From Candidatus Altiarchaeales archaeon (GTDB taxonomy: Archaea > Altiarchaeota > Altiarchaeia > IMC4 > SCGC-AAA252-I15), in assembly GCA_014727915.1 (NCBI GenBank), contig WJMO01000008.1, forward strand, positions 21,869-85,868: a DNA stretch of 64,000 nt. The letters run 5' to 3'. Under the pieces are notes generated by a model. That model made no database searches. It was not told the origin of the DNA and saw nothing but the letters and a program-made list of their open reading frames with translations. Shown piece by piece: positions 38,912 through 49,042 of this stretch; the stretch's first letter is position 1, and each line of letters opens with the position of its first letter. A program made the position numbers and the translations under genes.

Positions 38912-39485
38912 GCAACGTTATGTTACCCCGCCTCGCCTGCTCACCTATGAAGGCCTCCAATCTCATGAACACTGCGCGTGGGTTCGATTCCTCGACTTCC
39001 AGGCTCCGTGAACTGAGATTCTTTAGTCTCTCCTCTCTCTGGCGCCCCAGCACAAACGGAGATTCCACTGGCCTGTCACGTTCCTCCTTGCGCATACCAT
39101 AAACTCTGTCGCTGCCGAAGTATTCCTCGCTGGCCGCGGTCTGGACCGACCTCTTGGCCGGCCCGTAGTACAACATCACAAGAGGTGTGAGCGCCTCCCT
39201 AGCATCTTCTGTCAGAGTACCGTCAGGGTTGCACCTGTTCGTTGCAAAGGACTGGACGACCTCCTCCGGCCCATATTCCCTGCCCTTGCCTATCTGAAGG
39301 CCCGAACCCATGAGGAGGGTGTCCCTGTCAATCTGGGACAGGCCTGCATACTCCTCCTCAAGGGATTTTGAGAGGCTAACGCCAGGATCCGCGCCTGGTT
39401 CCTGACCGCTCCTATTCCGCTCCACCATCACTGTAATAGAGATAGTGAAGGCATTGAATATATCAGTTTTCCCCTGCTCACCCAC
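38901..39485 (-). CDS. hypothetical protein (uncertain gene)
   Basis: 194-aa ORF filling an otherwise ~600-bp gap. Has a convergent 11-nt overlap with the antiporter. No motif. Start uncertain because the divergent hel308 start is only 33 bp away. Confidence 0.3.
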   Translation of the reverse strand: MGEQGKTDIFNAFTISITVMVERNRSGQEPGADPGVSLSKSLEEEYAGLSQIDRDTLLMGSGLQIGKGREYGPEEVVQSFATNRCNPDGTLTEDAREALTPLVMLYYGPAKRSVQTAASEEYFGSDRVYGMRKEERDRPVESPFVLGRQREERLKNLSSRSLEVEESNPRAVFMRLEAFIGEQARRGNITLPKS

Positions 39486-39518
39486 GTCTTTTTTCCATGT
39501 ACTACATATGATTGGCTG

Positions 39519-41570
39519 ATGCTCGTGGAAGACCTCCAGGTTGCGGGAGAGTTCAGGGACATGCTCAAGGGCATCGGAGTCAGCGAGCTCTACCCCCCGC
39601 AGAAGCTGTCCGTGGAAGCGGGAGCCATGGAAGGCAGGAACATAATACTATGCACGCCAACCGCCTCGGGGAAGACCATAGCCGCCGAGCTCGCCATGAT
39701 GAAGGCTCTGGAGAAGGGGCGGAAGGTAGTGTACATCGTGCCCTTGAGGGCGCTAGCCTACGAGAAGAGCATGGAATTCCGGAAGTACGAGCGGCTGGGG
39801 TACCGCGTCAAGCTGGAGGTTGGCGACCTGGACAGCAGCAAATACAAGAAAGCCCCGGAATTCGACATAATCGTCGCGACCGCCGAGAAATGCGACAGCA
39901 TACTCCGGAGCAAACCCGAATGGTTCAAGGGAACAGGTTGCGTGGTATTCGACGAGATCCACCTCATCGCATCCGACCGTGGGCCTGTGTATGAGGTGCT
40001 ATGCAGCAGGTTCCGGAACCTCTACCCTGACGTGCAGGTCCTCGGGCTGTCAGCGACCATCGGCAACGCGGACGAGCTCGGCGACTGGCTGAACGCCGAG
40101 GTGGTGATGTCGGAGTGGAGGCCCGTCGACCTGACGGAGATGGTCGTTGTGAAATCCGATGAGGACCTCGTTAGCGTGGTCCGGAACGCTTTGAAGGGCG
40201 GGCAAGCCATGGTATTCGTCAACTCGCGCAGGAGCGCCGAGGCAGTGGCCGAACGGCTGGGCATCGCATTGAAGCTGGAGGTTGATAACACCGGCTTGGC
40301 TGGCGAGATCGAATCAGCGATCAACCCGCCCACAAGACAGTGCAGCCGGCTGGCATCCTGCGCAGTCAAGGGCACCGCATTCCACCACGCGGGACTGGTG
40401 AACAAGCAGAGGGCCGCAGTAGAAGAAGCCTTCAAAAAAGGCGATATCAAGGTCATAGCCGCCACGCCAACACTCGCGGCAGGCGTCAACCTCCCCTCGA
40501 GGACGGTGGTATTGAGGGACGTGAAGAGATACACCAACACGGGCATGGACTACATAGACGTCCTCGAGTACAAGCAGATGGTCGGGCGCGCAGGCAGGCC
40601 ACGCTATGACGACCGGGGCATCGCGATAACAATGGCCAAGGACGAAGACGAGGCGGAATACATAGAAGAGCACTACATCCACGGGAAGCCCGAGCACATC
40701 TACAGCCAGCTGGGAGTGCACCCCGTCCTTCGTTTCCACACGCTCGCCTCCATCGCCTCAGGGTTCACACGCACACAGGATGCTCTGATAGAGTTCATAA
40801 GGTCCACGTTCTTCGGCCACCAGTACGGGGTCAAGGCGGATTTGGAGGCCCTGCTGAGACAGGTGGCGGGGGAGCTCATCGAGTGGAACTTCATAAGGGA
40901 GGAGGGGAGGTTCCTCCACCCCACAGAACTTGGCAAACGGGTTAGCGAATTGTACATCGACCCGCTGACGGCGCACAACTACCTCGACCTGTTCAAGACA
41001 GCCGAAGACGAGGAGAGGATGGAACCGCTCGGGCTGTTGGAGATCATGTGCGATGCGGTCGAGATAACAAAACTTCCGATAAGGAGCAAGGAAGAGAGCA
41101 AGCTGTGGGAGAAGGCCTACGAGGTGGAGGACCAGCTTGTCAGGGACCTGGGCGGCTTCGGATTGGACTATGACTTCCTGAACAGGTTCAAGACCGCCCT
41201 GCTTTTCGAGGACTGGATAGGGGAGAAGACCGAAGACGAGATACTGGAGGAGTACGGGGTGGCGCCGGGGCAGCTTAACATGCGCTTGCAGAACATGGAA
41301 TGGCTATGCTACGCAGCCGCCGAACTAACGAGGCTAACCGACCTTCGAAGGGCTCAGGTGAGGTTGAAGAAGCTGGAGACCAGGATCAAATACGGCGTAC
41401 AGGAAGACCTCGTACCCCTCGTGAGCATAAAGGGCATAGGCCGGGTGAGAGCGCGCAAACTGTACAGGGCAGGGATAAAGACGGTGTTGCAGGTGAAGAA
41501 GACCCACGAGGACGAGCTAGGCAAGATAATAGGCAAGAAAGTAGCGAGGAACATCAAGGAAAGCCTATAA
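39519..41570 (+). CDS. hel308: Hel308/Hjm Ski2-like DNA helicase
   Basis: Walker A TASGKT, a DEIH box, SAT and helicase C motifs. Winged-helix/ratchet region and C-terminal HhH-like tail. Confidence 0.9.
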   Translation: MLVEDLQVAGEFRDMLKGIGVSELYPPQKLSVEAGAMEGRNIILCTPTASGKTIAAELAMMKALEKGRKVVYIVPLRALAYEKSMEFRKYERLGYRVKLEVGDLDSSKYKKAPEFDIIVATAEKCDSILRSKPEWFKGTGCVVFDEIHLIASDRGPVYEVLCSRFRNLYPDVQVLGLSATIGNADELGDWLNAEVVMSEWRPVDLTEMVVVKSDEDLVSVVRNALKGGQAMVFVNSRRSAEAVAERLGIALKLEVDNTGLAGEIESAINPPTRQCSRLASCAVKGTAFHHAGLVNKQRAAVEEAFKKGDIKVIAATPTLAAGVNLPSRTVVLRDVKRYTNTGMDYIDVLEYKQMVGRAGRPRYDDRGIAITMAKDEDEAEYIEEHYIHGKPEHIYSQLGVHPVLRFHTLASIASGFTRTQDALIEFIRSTFFGHQYGVKADLEALLRQVAGELIEWNFIREEGRFLHPTELGKRVSELYIDPLTAHNYLDLFKTAEDEERMEPLGLLEIMCDAVEITKLPIRSKEESKLWEKAYEVEDQLVRDLGGFGLDYDFLNRFKTALLFEDWIGEKTEDEILEEYGVAPGQLNMRLQNMEWLCYAAAELTRLTDLRRAQVRLKKLETRIKYGVQEDLVPLVSIKGIGRVRARKLYRAGIKTVLQVKKTHEDELGKIIGKKVARNIKESL

Positions 41571-41593
41571 TATATTTACATAATAACTTTACG

Positions 41594-42133
41594 ATGGAGC
41601 CGCTCGCCCACTACATGCTGCCGGTGGTGTTCATGCTCGCCTTCAACCCCAGAACAGACAGGAGGACTGTGTTGAAGTACTCGCCGTTGGCGGTCCTCCC
41701 GGACATCGACTTCTTCTTCGGCCATGCGATACTGCACAACATATTCGCACCAGCACTGATAGGGGTTGTCGTGTATCATGTGACAAAGAAGAACAGGGAG
41801 GCCCTGCTGCTCTCGCTGTTCTTCCTATACAGCCACCTCATACTCGACCTAGGGTTCGTCGCCCTACTCTACCCGGCTAAGGCGAACGTTATCTCCCTTG
41901 ACTTCAACATCTACACGAGCCCCGGGATGGCCAGGAACATGTGGGGGATGATAACAGGGGAGACTGCCATGCACGAGAGCATATTGAAGGCCGACAACCG
42001 CATCCGGGCAGAACCCATCGAAGCGGCAGAGAACGCGCCCATGTCTCCGGTGTTCACCCAACTCAGCCTCATGCTCATACTACTTGCACTGCTAACCCTG
42101 GCCTTCAAACAATTCAAGGGAAAACACAGATAA
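41594..42133 (+). CDS. DUF457/YdjM-like membrane-bound metal-dependent hydrolase
   Basis: Start MEPLAHYMLPVVF. Conserved His/Asp in short TM segments. The upstream part of ORF 41300..42133 is a hel308 shadow frame. Confidence 0.5.
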   Translation: MEPLAHYMLPVVFMLAFNPRTDRRTVLKYSPLAVLPDIDFFFGHAILHNIFAPALIGVVVYHVTKKNREALLLSLFFLYSHLILDLGFVALLYPAKANVISLDFNIYTSPGMARNMWGMITGETAMHESILKADNRIRAEPIEAAENAPMSPVFTQLSLMLILLALLTLAFKQFKGKHR

Positions 42134-42151
42134 TTTATGCTCTAGTATAAA

Positions 42152-43063
42152 CTATTTGAGTTTGTCCAGCAGTATGCAGGTCTTGCATTTTTTGGTGCTG
42201 GTGGGCTCCCCGCATCGTTCGCACGTGCCCGGGCCCTTTCCCCTCTCCAGGCCCTTCATGATGACTGTGAGTTCGTCGGTGCTGCGGAGCATCTGGTACT
42301 TGCTCCCGGGGTGCCGCTTCTCCAGGTCGTCTATGAGCTTCTTGGCGGTGGTCCGGTAGGAAGAGCTCGAGTAGGGGCATGGATTCCGGGTGTGGGGCAG
42401 CCTCATCAGCTTGGCATATAGTCTGATCTCCTCCTCAGGACACTCCCGGAGGGGCTTTATCCTCGGGGTGAAGGGCTTGTGACGTGATACTCCGACTTCA
42501 GGGCCCAATCTCGCCATCCGCTGCAGGTCTCCGCGGACGAAGTTCATGAAGGCGGTTTGGATCTCGTCATCGAGGTTGTGGCCGGTCGCGACCTTCGTAG
42601 CACCCGCCTCCCGGGCGTAGTCGTTCAATACCCGCCGCTTCAGCACCCCGCAGACGCTGCAGGCCTGGATGCCATCGGCCTTTATCCCGCCTATGACCTC
42701 GTCTATGGACAGCCCGAACGAGTCCTTGAACGAGAGGACATGATGGTCCACTCCGATTCGCTTGCAGTACCTGGAGGCCTTGGACAGGTTCTTGCCCCTT
42801 ATGCCCTCGTCGATGGATACCGCCAGCATGGAGGTGTGGGGTATGGGGGAGGTTATGTCGTTCAGCAGCTTCAGGCAGGTCATGCTGTCCTTGCCCCCGG
42901 ACAAGCCGACCATGATCCTGTCTTCCTTATCCAGCAGCCGGTTCTGGCGGATGGTCTTCTTCACCCTCCGCTCGAACAACTCGATGAAGTGCTTCTCGCA
43001 GAGCCAGTGGCCGCTGTAGCGCAGCTCGAATACCCCCCTGCCATTGCAGTGGTGGCATCTCAT
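42152..43063 (-). CDS. tRNA thiolation PP-loop ATPase (TtuA/NcsA family) with N- and C-terminal zinc fingers
   Basis: PP-loop SGGKDS. N-terminal CHHCNGRG...C..H and C-terminal CERCGEP...CKTC. Confidence 0.8.
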   Translation of the reverse strand: MRCHHCNGRGVFELRYSGHWLCEKHFIELFERRVKKTIRQNRLLDKEDRIMVGLSGGKDSMTCLKLLNDITSPIPHTSMLAVSIDEGIRGKNLSKASRYCKRIGVDHHVLSFKDSFGLSIDEVIGGIKADGIQACSVCGVLKRRVLNDYAREAGATKVATGHNLDDEIQTAFMNFVRGDLQRMARLGPEVGVSRHKPFTPRIKPLRECPEEEIRLYAKLMRLPHTRNPCPYSSSSYRTTAKKLIDDLEKRHPGSKYQMLRSTDELTVIMKGLERGKGPGTCERCGEPTSTKKCKTCILLDKLK

Positions 43064-43506
43064 CTTATCCCATAGGCGTCTTCCACCTTTTCCAACAACT
43101 TATCTGTGTATTTCACGCTCTCTTTGATGACTTCCTTCGTCCTCTTGAAAGCCTCCGACGGGGTCTTGTTGGCTGCGAACCGGTGCTTGCCGCCGACGCT
43201 GTCCAACAAACCGATGTCCTCGAAGTACCTCAGCCACACCTGTATGTTCCGGTCGGTCATCCCGAAGTCCCTGCGCTTCGACTTCCGGGACGCCCTCAAC
43301 TGGGCTATTCCAGACTTCACCTCCGCGGTAGTCAGGGAGACGTCCTTGGCCCGGGCCATCAGAAGCACTTCCATCATGTCCCTGGCCACGTCGGAGGTCA
43401 CGCCGACGCTGTCCAATAACAGTTCAAGCAGCTCCCGCGGCTCTTCCGCCAGCAGCGCCGAATCATCATACCATCTCAGCTTGATGTCAGCGATGAGCTC
43501 GGCCAT
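43060..43506 (-). CDS. hypothetical protein, possibly wHTH-containing
   Basis: 148 aa from the internal Met. Overlaps the ttuA-like start by 4 nt. Confidence 0.4.
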   Translation of the reverse strand: MAELIADIKLRWYDDSALLAEEPRELLELLLDSVGVTSDVARDMMEVLLMARAKDVSLTTAEVKSGIAQLRASRKSKRRDFGMTDRNIQVWLRYFEDIGLLDSVGGKHRFAANKTPSEAFKRTKEVIKESVKYTDKLLEKVEDAYGIR

Positions 43507-43632
43507 CCTAGAGCCGGCCCCCCGACCCAATATAACAGCGGATATGCCGTTTTAGACGGGTGAATTGCCGTTTTACTGTGTCATCGTCCATGGGATATCA
43601 GTTATATAAGGGTTGATGAGGTTATTATAAGG

Positions 43633-44112
43633 ATGGCTGACAAGCCCATACTCGTCGAGAAGTTCAACGAAAAGTTGGACCTGGACGGAAAGATGAGGGA
43701 AGGCGGGATCCTCGCCAAAGTCTACCTGGAAGTCCAGGGCAACGACCTGGAGGCGGCCAAGAAGGCGCTGGAGAACACCATATTCAACAAGTTGGGTGCT
43801 GAGGAGAACGTCAACCTGCTGGAGGTGAAGATGTACGACATCCTCAAGGAGGAGGGAGACCACTTCTCCGGAGTGTCCGAGATACATCTGGTAGCGGACG
43901 ACTTCCGACACTTCATAACCACCATACTGAGATACGGGCCTTCGGCTGTGGAGATAACCGAACCCGAGGAGGTCACCTTGAACACCGAGCAGATGCACAA
44001 CATCGTGGCAGACGTCAGCGACTTCACCCACATGTTCAGCCAGCAGATAATTTCCATGCTGAAAGACCCTGAGAGGAGAGCGCTCCTTGAGAAGGTGATG
44101 AGCGAGAAATAG
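43633..44112 (+). CDS. hypothetical protein
   Basis: 159-aa acidic ORF. No motif. Confidence 0.45.
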   Translation: MADKPILVEKFNEKLDLDGKMREGGILAKVYLEVQGNDLEAAKKALENTIFNKLGAEENVNLLEVKMYDILKEEGDHFSGVSEIHLVADDFRHFITTILRYGPSAVEITEPEEVTLNTEQMHNIVADVSDFTHMFSQQIISMLKDPERRALLEKVMSEK

Positions 44113-44146
44113 GCTTTTTATTCGCCTATTTTAAAGATTTAATAAA

Positions 44147-45187
44147 ATGAGGTGTCTTGTCTTCCTGGTTCTGTTAGCTGTTCTGACATCCACCGCCTCC
44201 GCCTACGTCATATCCGACATAGACGTTTGGATAGGCGAGGACGGGTTCAGCTGGATAGAGGAGAAGATAGTCTTCAGGGGAGATGGAGAATCGGGTAGGT
44301 TGCAGCTCCCAGCCCTGTTAGACGACATCTCCGTATCAGACAGTAGAGGAGACCTGGACTATAACCTGAGCGAGGTGGAGGGCCGCAGCGAGGTCAAAAT
44401 CTACTTCAGGGAATACCTGGAGGAAGGGGATGAGACTACCGTCTCCTTGAAGTATGGCACCCACCATCTCACGAAGAAGGAGGAGAGCGTGTGGAGCTTC
44501 AGGTATCAGACCCCAGCAACCGCCAGGAAGACCATCGTAAGGGTAACATACCCTGTGGGCGCCCAGATACTGACGTTGAAGCCCGAAGACCTGCTGAGGA
44601 CCTATGTGAGAAACGGGGTGTGGCTTTACCCCCAGGAGGACTACTTCAACCTCTCGACCACCTACCGGTACGGGGGTGTGAAGCCAGATCTGACCACCAC
44701 TACCACCACATTAGCCAAAGAAAACGGGGGAGGGCTCATCTTGGACGCCGAGGCCATAATACTCGTGGGGGTGGTGATAATCGTTTTGGTGGTATTGGGA
44801 GCCCTCTTCACCATCTACAAGGACCGTCTGATGGGGAAAGGCAACGGTTCCATGACCGTGAACGTGGCAGAGGACGTGGTATCCGACGCCAAGGTCGTTG
44901 ACGGCAAGGTCACATACGACATAGAGGGGTCCACCAGCGACAAAGGAGATAAAACAGTCAAGGAATCCGTGCTCAAGATGCTGGAGGACAGCGAGCTCGC
45001 CATAGTCAAGCTTTTGGAGAACAGCGAGGAAGAGGAGATAACACAGGCATACATCTACAAAACCACGGGAATCCCCAAATCAAGCCTTTCAGACATTTTA
45101 AAGCGCTTAGAGAAGCGTAACATCATAGAAAGGCGTGTTTCAGGACGTGTTAAGTGGATAAAGCTCAAAGATTGGATTATTGACTAA
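44147..45187 (+). CDS. signal-peptide/TM-anchored protein with extracellular domain and cytoplasmic C-terminal winged-HTH
   Basis: Signal peptide MRCLVFLVLLAVLTSTASA. Extracellular ~200 aa with a poly-Thr stretch. TM helix ILVGVVIIVLVVLGALFTIY. C-terminal wHTH EITQAYIYKTTGIPKSSLSDILKRLEKRNIIERR. Confidence 0.6.
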   Translation: MRCLVFLVLLAVLTSTASAYVISDIDVWIGEDGFSWIEEKIVFRGDGESGRLQLPALLDDISVSDSRGDLDYNLSEVEGRSEVKIYFREYLEEGDETTVSLKYGTHHLTKKEESVWSFRYQTPATARKTIVRVTYPVGAQILTLKPEDLLRTYVRNGVWLYPQEDYFNLSTTYRYGGVKPDLTTTTTTLAKENGGGLILDAEAIILVGVVIIVLVVLGALFTIYKDRLMGKGNGSMTVNVAEDVVSDAKVVDGKVTYDIEGSTSDKGDKTVKESVLKMLEDSELAIVKLLENSEEEEITQAYIYKTTGIPKSSLSDILKRLEKRNIIERRVSGRVKWIKLKDWIID

Positions 45188-45384
45188 AATGAGGCCATTC
45201 GAACGTTATATGGAGTCAAATGGGCTTTTCGAACTTTCTATTATATATTATGGTGTTTTAGCCCCTACTGTTCAACCCCAGATATAAATTGGGCCGCGTG
45301 TAATCTTAGATGCTAGAAACCCTAGGGGACACCATGCTTGTTAAGCGTGGTGTCGCCGAGGAGGATAGCAAAATACTAAAAACA

Positions 45385-45391
45385 AAGGAGG
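45385..45391 (+). promoter_or_regulatory. Shine-Dalgarno AAGGAGG 11 nt upstream of the surface-protein ATG
   Basis: Read directly. A TATA-like GATATAAATT at 45289-45298 implies a ~85-nt 5'UTR. Confidence 0.45.
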
Positions 45392-45402
45392 TAAAGCAAA
45401 AG

Positions 45403-48183
45403 ATGAAGACCTTGAAGCGTGTTGGCTCTATCGCTGCAGGCGCTGTAATGCTTGGGGCAGCAGTCTCAGGCGCAGTGAGTGCAGGGATGGACAGCACCGG
45501 ATTGACAAAGGACTTCTTCTATGACGCTGGATACAACCCAGTAATCCAGATTGTCTTAGGAGAAAAGGGTATGGCCACAGACGCCGTAGCAGGCGGCAAC
45601 ATCGCCGCAGTGATCGGTAACCTGGCCTACACCAGTGCCGAGGCGACAGTCGACGGCGGATCAGCCAGCGGAGCAGTAGTTCTGGGCATATCCGCCAGGG
45701 GAGCCACAGGTAAGTTCGAGCAGTCCTACAACCCGACATCAGGCAACACTCGCTTGATTAAGGTTAACAGAGACTCCGACACAACCTATGACTTCTACAA
45801 CGACAACGAAGGACTGTACTTCAACCAGAGCGCTGGAGGAGCCATTAAGGGCACCGACGGTATTGAAACCTACACCCGCGGCGAGTTCGTGAGCTACAGC
45901 TTGGCTTGCGACCAGCAGGAGAGGACAGAGGCAGGTATCCTCAAGAAGGGAACCTACAACAACATCCACTGTCTATTCTGCCAGACGCTCTGTCTGAGCG
46001 CCCTGGAGAACCCGGAGCACGAGCTGGAGGAGTCCATCTCCATAGACTTCAACAAAATAAAGTACTTTGAAGACGGTCTAGGGAAGGACGACGCCGAGGC
46101 TCTTGTGCTGAAGATAGAGAGCAAGGCCGTGACCTACATCTTGGACGCTGGATTCATTCCAATGAACAAGATAATAGAGAACGGCACATCTGACACGATA
46201 GACTTCGAGTGGAGGGGGCAGTTCATCCTCTTCGGCGAGGAGTACTACGTGAAGGATATCTCGGGCACTGACAAGATATACCTGGCTAAGGGTAAGATAT
46301 TGGACGACATCTCCTCAGAAGGTTACACCTCTGAGTACATGGGATACAAGTTCAAGATCGACCACCTGATCTACTCAGCAGAGTACGAGGTAGCCGGTAT
46401 CCTGTTGGACGTCGAGAAGCCAGACGGCACGGTAGTCCAGACCCAGATCTCTAAGATGGCGAACGGCATCGTCGACGACATCGAGATCGCAGGAGTATAC
46501 GCCGAAGAGGCGGACGCTGTTGCGACCGCGAGCATAATCGTCTACGACACGACCACGAACGTCCTCTTGGAAGACGGCAAGGACCTGGAGCTCGGTGGCG
46601 AGGTCAAGAAGTACTGGAAGGTCAACATGGTATCCGTTCAGGCGAACGGAGCCGCAGTCGACGTATCCGAGTACGACACGGCCACAGACGCTGGTAAGGT
46701 ATTGTCCAACGTGACAGTACAGTACAGGCACAGCATCGAGCTAGGCGTTGGCGAGGCTCTTGAGTTCCCGACCACCTACAAGGTTATGTGGGACGGATTC
46801 AGGACCAACGACTACACGGAGAGCCCCTGCAGCGGAGCTGGTGAGGGAGACATAAAGATCGAGCGCGAAGGCAAGTACCGCGGCTTGGTCAGCTTCACCG
46901 GAGACGACGGGCAGAGGTACAACGGAGTCTACATCGACCAGGGCCCCTACAGCGAGGGCGACATGTTCGTCATCGACGGAGGACTCTACGAGTACGACGA
47001 CGCGAACGAGCTGACGACAGACACCACAGTGATGAAGGTAACCTTGAAGGACCTACTGAACGGTGGTAAGAAGACCTACGACCTGGACGCGATCGGCAGC
47101 GCTACATCGTTCACGATGTACACCTACGCGTTCGAGGAGTCGACCGACAACGACGCTGAGATCGTAGTAGAGCCAGACTCCGAGAGGAACGACTCCGACG
47201 TATACATAGGCGCCGGCCCAGCCGCATACCTATTGTACGACGGTGGAGACCTCTACGCAGTAGTCGACAACGACTCGACCGCGCTGACGTACAGCAACGC
47301 CGTAGCCTTGTTGGAGGGAGAGACCATAGGTATTAACCAGAACATCTTCAGCCCCAGCAACTCGCTGCAGAAGTTCGAGATGGACGACGGCAAATTGTAC
47401 ATGACCGTAGTCAACGAGAACAACACCTATGACTTGAACGACGACCGCGACAGCGACGGGACAGACCGCCTGATACAGTTGCAGAACGGAGAGGACGAGT
47501 ACCTGATAGTAGACTTCTACGACAGGGACTTCAACGACTCCGAGGACACGTACTTCAGCGAGAACGTCCTGACGTCAGGGAACGCCTTGGACGTGACTGC
47601 AGCTTTAACCGACCCGTCATCTGGTCCATCAGCGACCACAGACTACGGTTACAAGTGGCAGGACGAAGAGGACACGGTTGCAATCACCCCCGAGGGTGGC
47701 CTAGTAGCGACCATCGACTACGGTGGAAGCCGCGAAGTCGAGGCAGTGACCGCTTGCGTACCACAGGACATCGTCTACGCGACGATCTTCATAGGTACGA
47801 GCGAGCAGGCCACGACCATCGACACGACCATAACCAAGGAGGATGAGGGCACCGAGAAGACAGTAGGTTGCTGTACCTACCTGATCAAGGAGTTCGGCGT
47901 CTCGACCAGCGGAGTGTCCGCTGAGTCCGTGATGGTGAACCCGATCGTCGGTAACCTCGTCGTACCCGAGATAGCAGCTGACACAACCAAGAACCTGATC
48001 GTCGTAGGCGGACCCGCAGTCAACGGACTGTGCGGACTGACCAAGGACGAGATCCAGGCCGCGAGCGGACAGTACGTCGTCAAGAAGGACGGCAACAAAG
48101 TCTACGTCGCAGGTTGGACAGCAGCTGACACGGTCGACGGTGGAAACGCCTTGATCGCGTGGTTACAGGACAACGTCCACTAA
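45403..48183 (+). CDS. large acidic secreted surface protein (S-layer-like)
   Basis: Signal peptide MKTLKRVGSIAAGAVMLGAAVSGAVSA. 926 aa rich in D/E/T/G/Y/V with beta-rich character. Start moved to the internal Met preceded by a strong SD. Confidence 0.7.
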   Translation: MKTLKRVGSIAAGAVMLGAAVSGAVSAGMDSTGLTKDFFYDAGYNPVIQIVLGEKGMATDAVAGGNIAAVIGNLAYTSAEATVDGGSASGAVVLGISARGATGKFEQSYNPTSGNTRLIKVNRDSDTTYDFYNDNEGLYFNQSAGGAIKGTDGIETYTRGEFVSYSLACDQQERTEAGILKKGTYNNIHCLFCQTLCLSALENPEHELEESISIDFNKIKYFEDGLGKDDAEALVLKIESKAVTYILDAGFIPMNKIIENGTSDTIDFEWRGQFILFGEEYYVKDISGTDKIYLAKGKILDDISSEGYTSEYMGYKFKIDHLIYSAEYEVAGILLDVEKPDGTVVQTQISKMANGIVDDIEIAGVYAEEADAVATASIIVYDTTTNVLLEDGKDLELGGEVKKYWKVNMVSVQANGAAVDVSEYDTATDAGKVLSNVTVQYRHSIELGVGEALEFPTTYKVMWDGFRTNDYTESPCSGAGEGDIKIEREGKYRGLVSFTGDDGQRYNGVYIDQGPYSEGDMFVIDGGLYEYDDANELTTDTTVMKVTLKDLLNGGKKTYDLDAIGSATSFTMYTYAFEESTDNDAEIVVEPDSERNDSDVYIGAGPAAYLLYDGGDLYAVVDNDSTALTYSNAVALLEGETIGINQNIFSPSNSLQKFEMDDGKLYMTVVNENNTYDLNDDRDSDGTDRLIQLQNGEDEYLIVDFYDRDFNDSEDTYFSENVLTSGNALDVTAALTDPSSGPSATTDYGYKWQDEEDTVAITPEGGLVATIDYGGSREVEAVTACVPQDIVYATIFIGTSEQATTIDTTITKEDEGTEKTVGCCTYLIKEFGVSTSGVSAESVMVNPIVGNLVVPEIAADTTKNLIVVGGPAVNGLCGLTKDEIQAASGQYVVKKDGNKVYVAGWTAADTVDGGNALIAWLQDNVH

Positions 48184-48202
48184 AGCGCGTGTCTGAAAAC
48201 CC

Positions 48203-48243
48203 GACCCCCGGAAGGGGGTCAAAACCCCTTTTTCTTTTTTTTA
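48203..48243 (+). terminator. hairpin GACCCCCGGAAGGGGGTC followed by T-run
   Basis: Perfect 7-bp stem with GGAA loop, then CCCCTTTTTCTTTTTTTT, immediately after the surface-protein stop. Confidence 0.5.
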
Positions 48244-48292
48244 TTCTGAAACCTGTTTCCACATTTAACCATGTCTCCGATAATCCTATAAC

Positions 48293-49042
48293 ATGCTATA
48301 CCTCATAGGCATGGGATTGCACGACGAACGGGACCTCAGCCTGAAGGCCGTCGAAGCCCTCAGAGGCTGCGAGAGGGTGTACCTTGAGTCCTATACCAGC
48401 TGCTTCAACGGGGACATCAACCGCCTACAGGAGATGCTAGGAAAGGAGGTCGTCCTGTTAGATAGGAAGGACCTGGAGGAGAACCCCGAAGAGAACGTCC
48501 TGGCAGGCGGGGAAGTCGGGTTGATCGTGATGGGAGACCCGATGGTAGCGACCACACACAGCGACCTGGTCTTGAGGGCGCGGGAGAAGGGCGCAGAGGT
48601 GAAGGTGATACACTCCTCATCCGTCTACTCCGCCATCGCCGAGACCGGGCTGCAGATATACAAGTTCGGCAGGACAACCACCATAGCCTACCCGGAAGGC
48701 GACTACTTCCCCAAGAGCCCGTATGAGGCGCTGAAGGAGAACCACATGAGAGGACTCCACACACTACTGTTGTTGGACGTGAAAGCAGACGAAGGACGTT
48801 ACATGACCGTGAACGAGGGAATAAAATACCTGCTCATGATGGAGGAGTCGTGCCTGCAGAACCAGTTCAAAAAGGACAGCAAATGCGTCGGAGTGGCCAG
48901 ATTGGGGGGAGACACAGCGATAAGATACGGGACAGCAGAGGAAGTGATCAAGGAGGAATTCGGAGGGCCTCCTCACATCCTCATAGTGCCCGGTAAGATG
49001 CACTACATGGAAGAGGAGATGCTCAAGGCATACGAGGTCTAA
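48293..49042 (+). CDS. dph5: diphthine synthase
   Basis: Tetrapyrrole-methylase-like fold with MLYLIGMGL start typical of Dph5. Confidence 0.85.
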   Translation: MLYLIGMGLHDERDLSLKAVEALRGCERVYLESYTSCFNGDINRLQEMLGKEVVLLDRKDLEENPEENVLAGGEVGLIVMGDPMVATTHSDLVLRAREKGAEVKVIHSSSVYSAIAETGLQIYKFGRTTTIAYPEGDYFPKSPYEALKENHMRGLHTLLLLDVKADEGRYMTVNEGIKYLLMMEESCLQNQFKKDSKCVGVARLGGDTAIRYGTAEEVIKEEFGGPPHILIVPGKMHYMEEEMLKAYEV

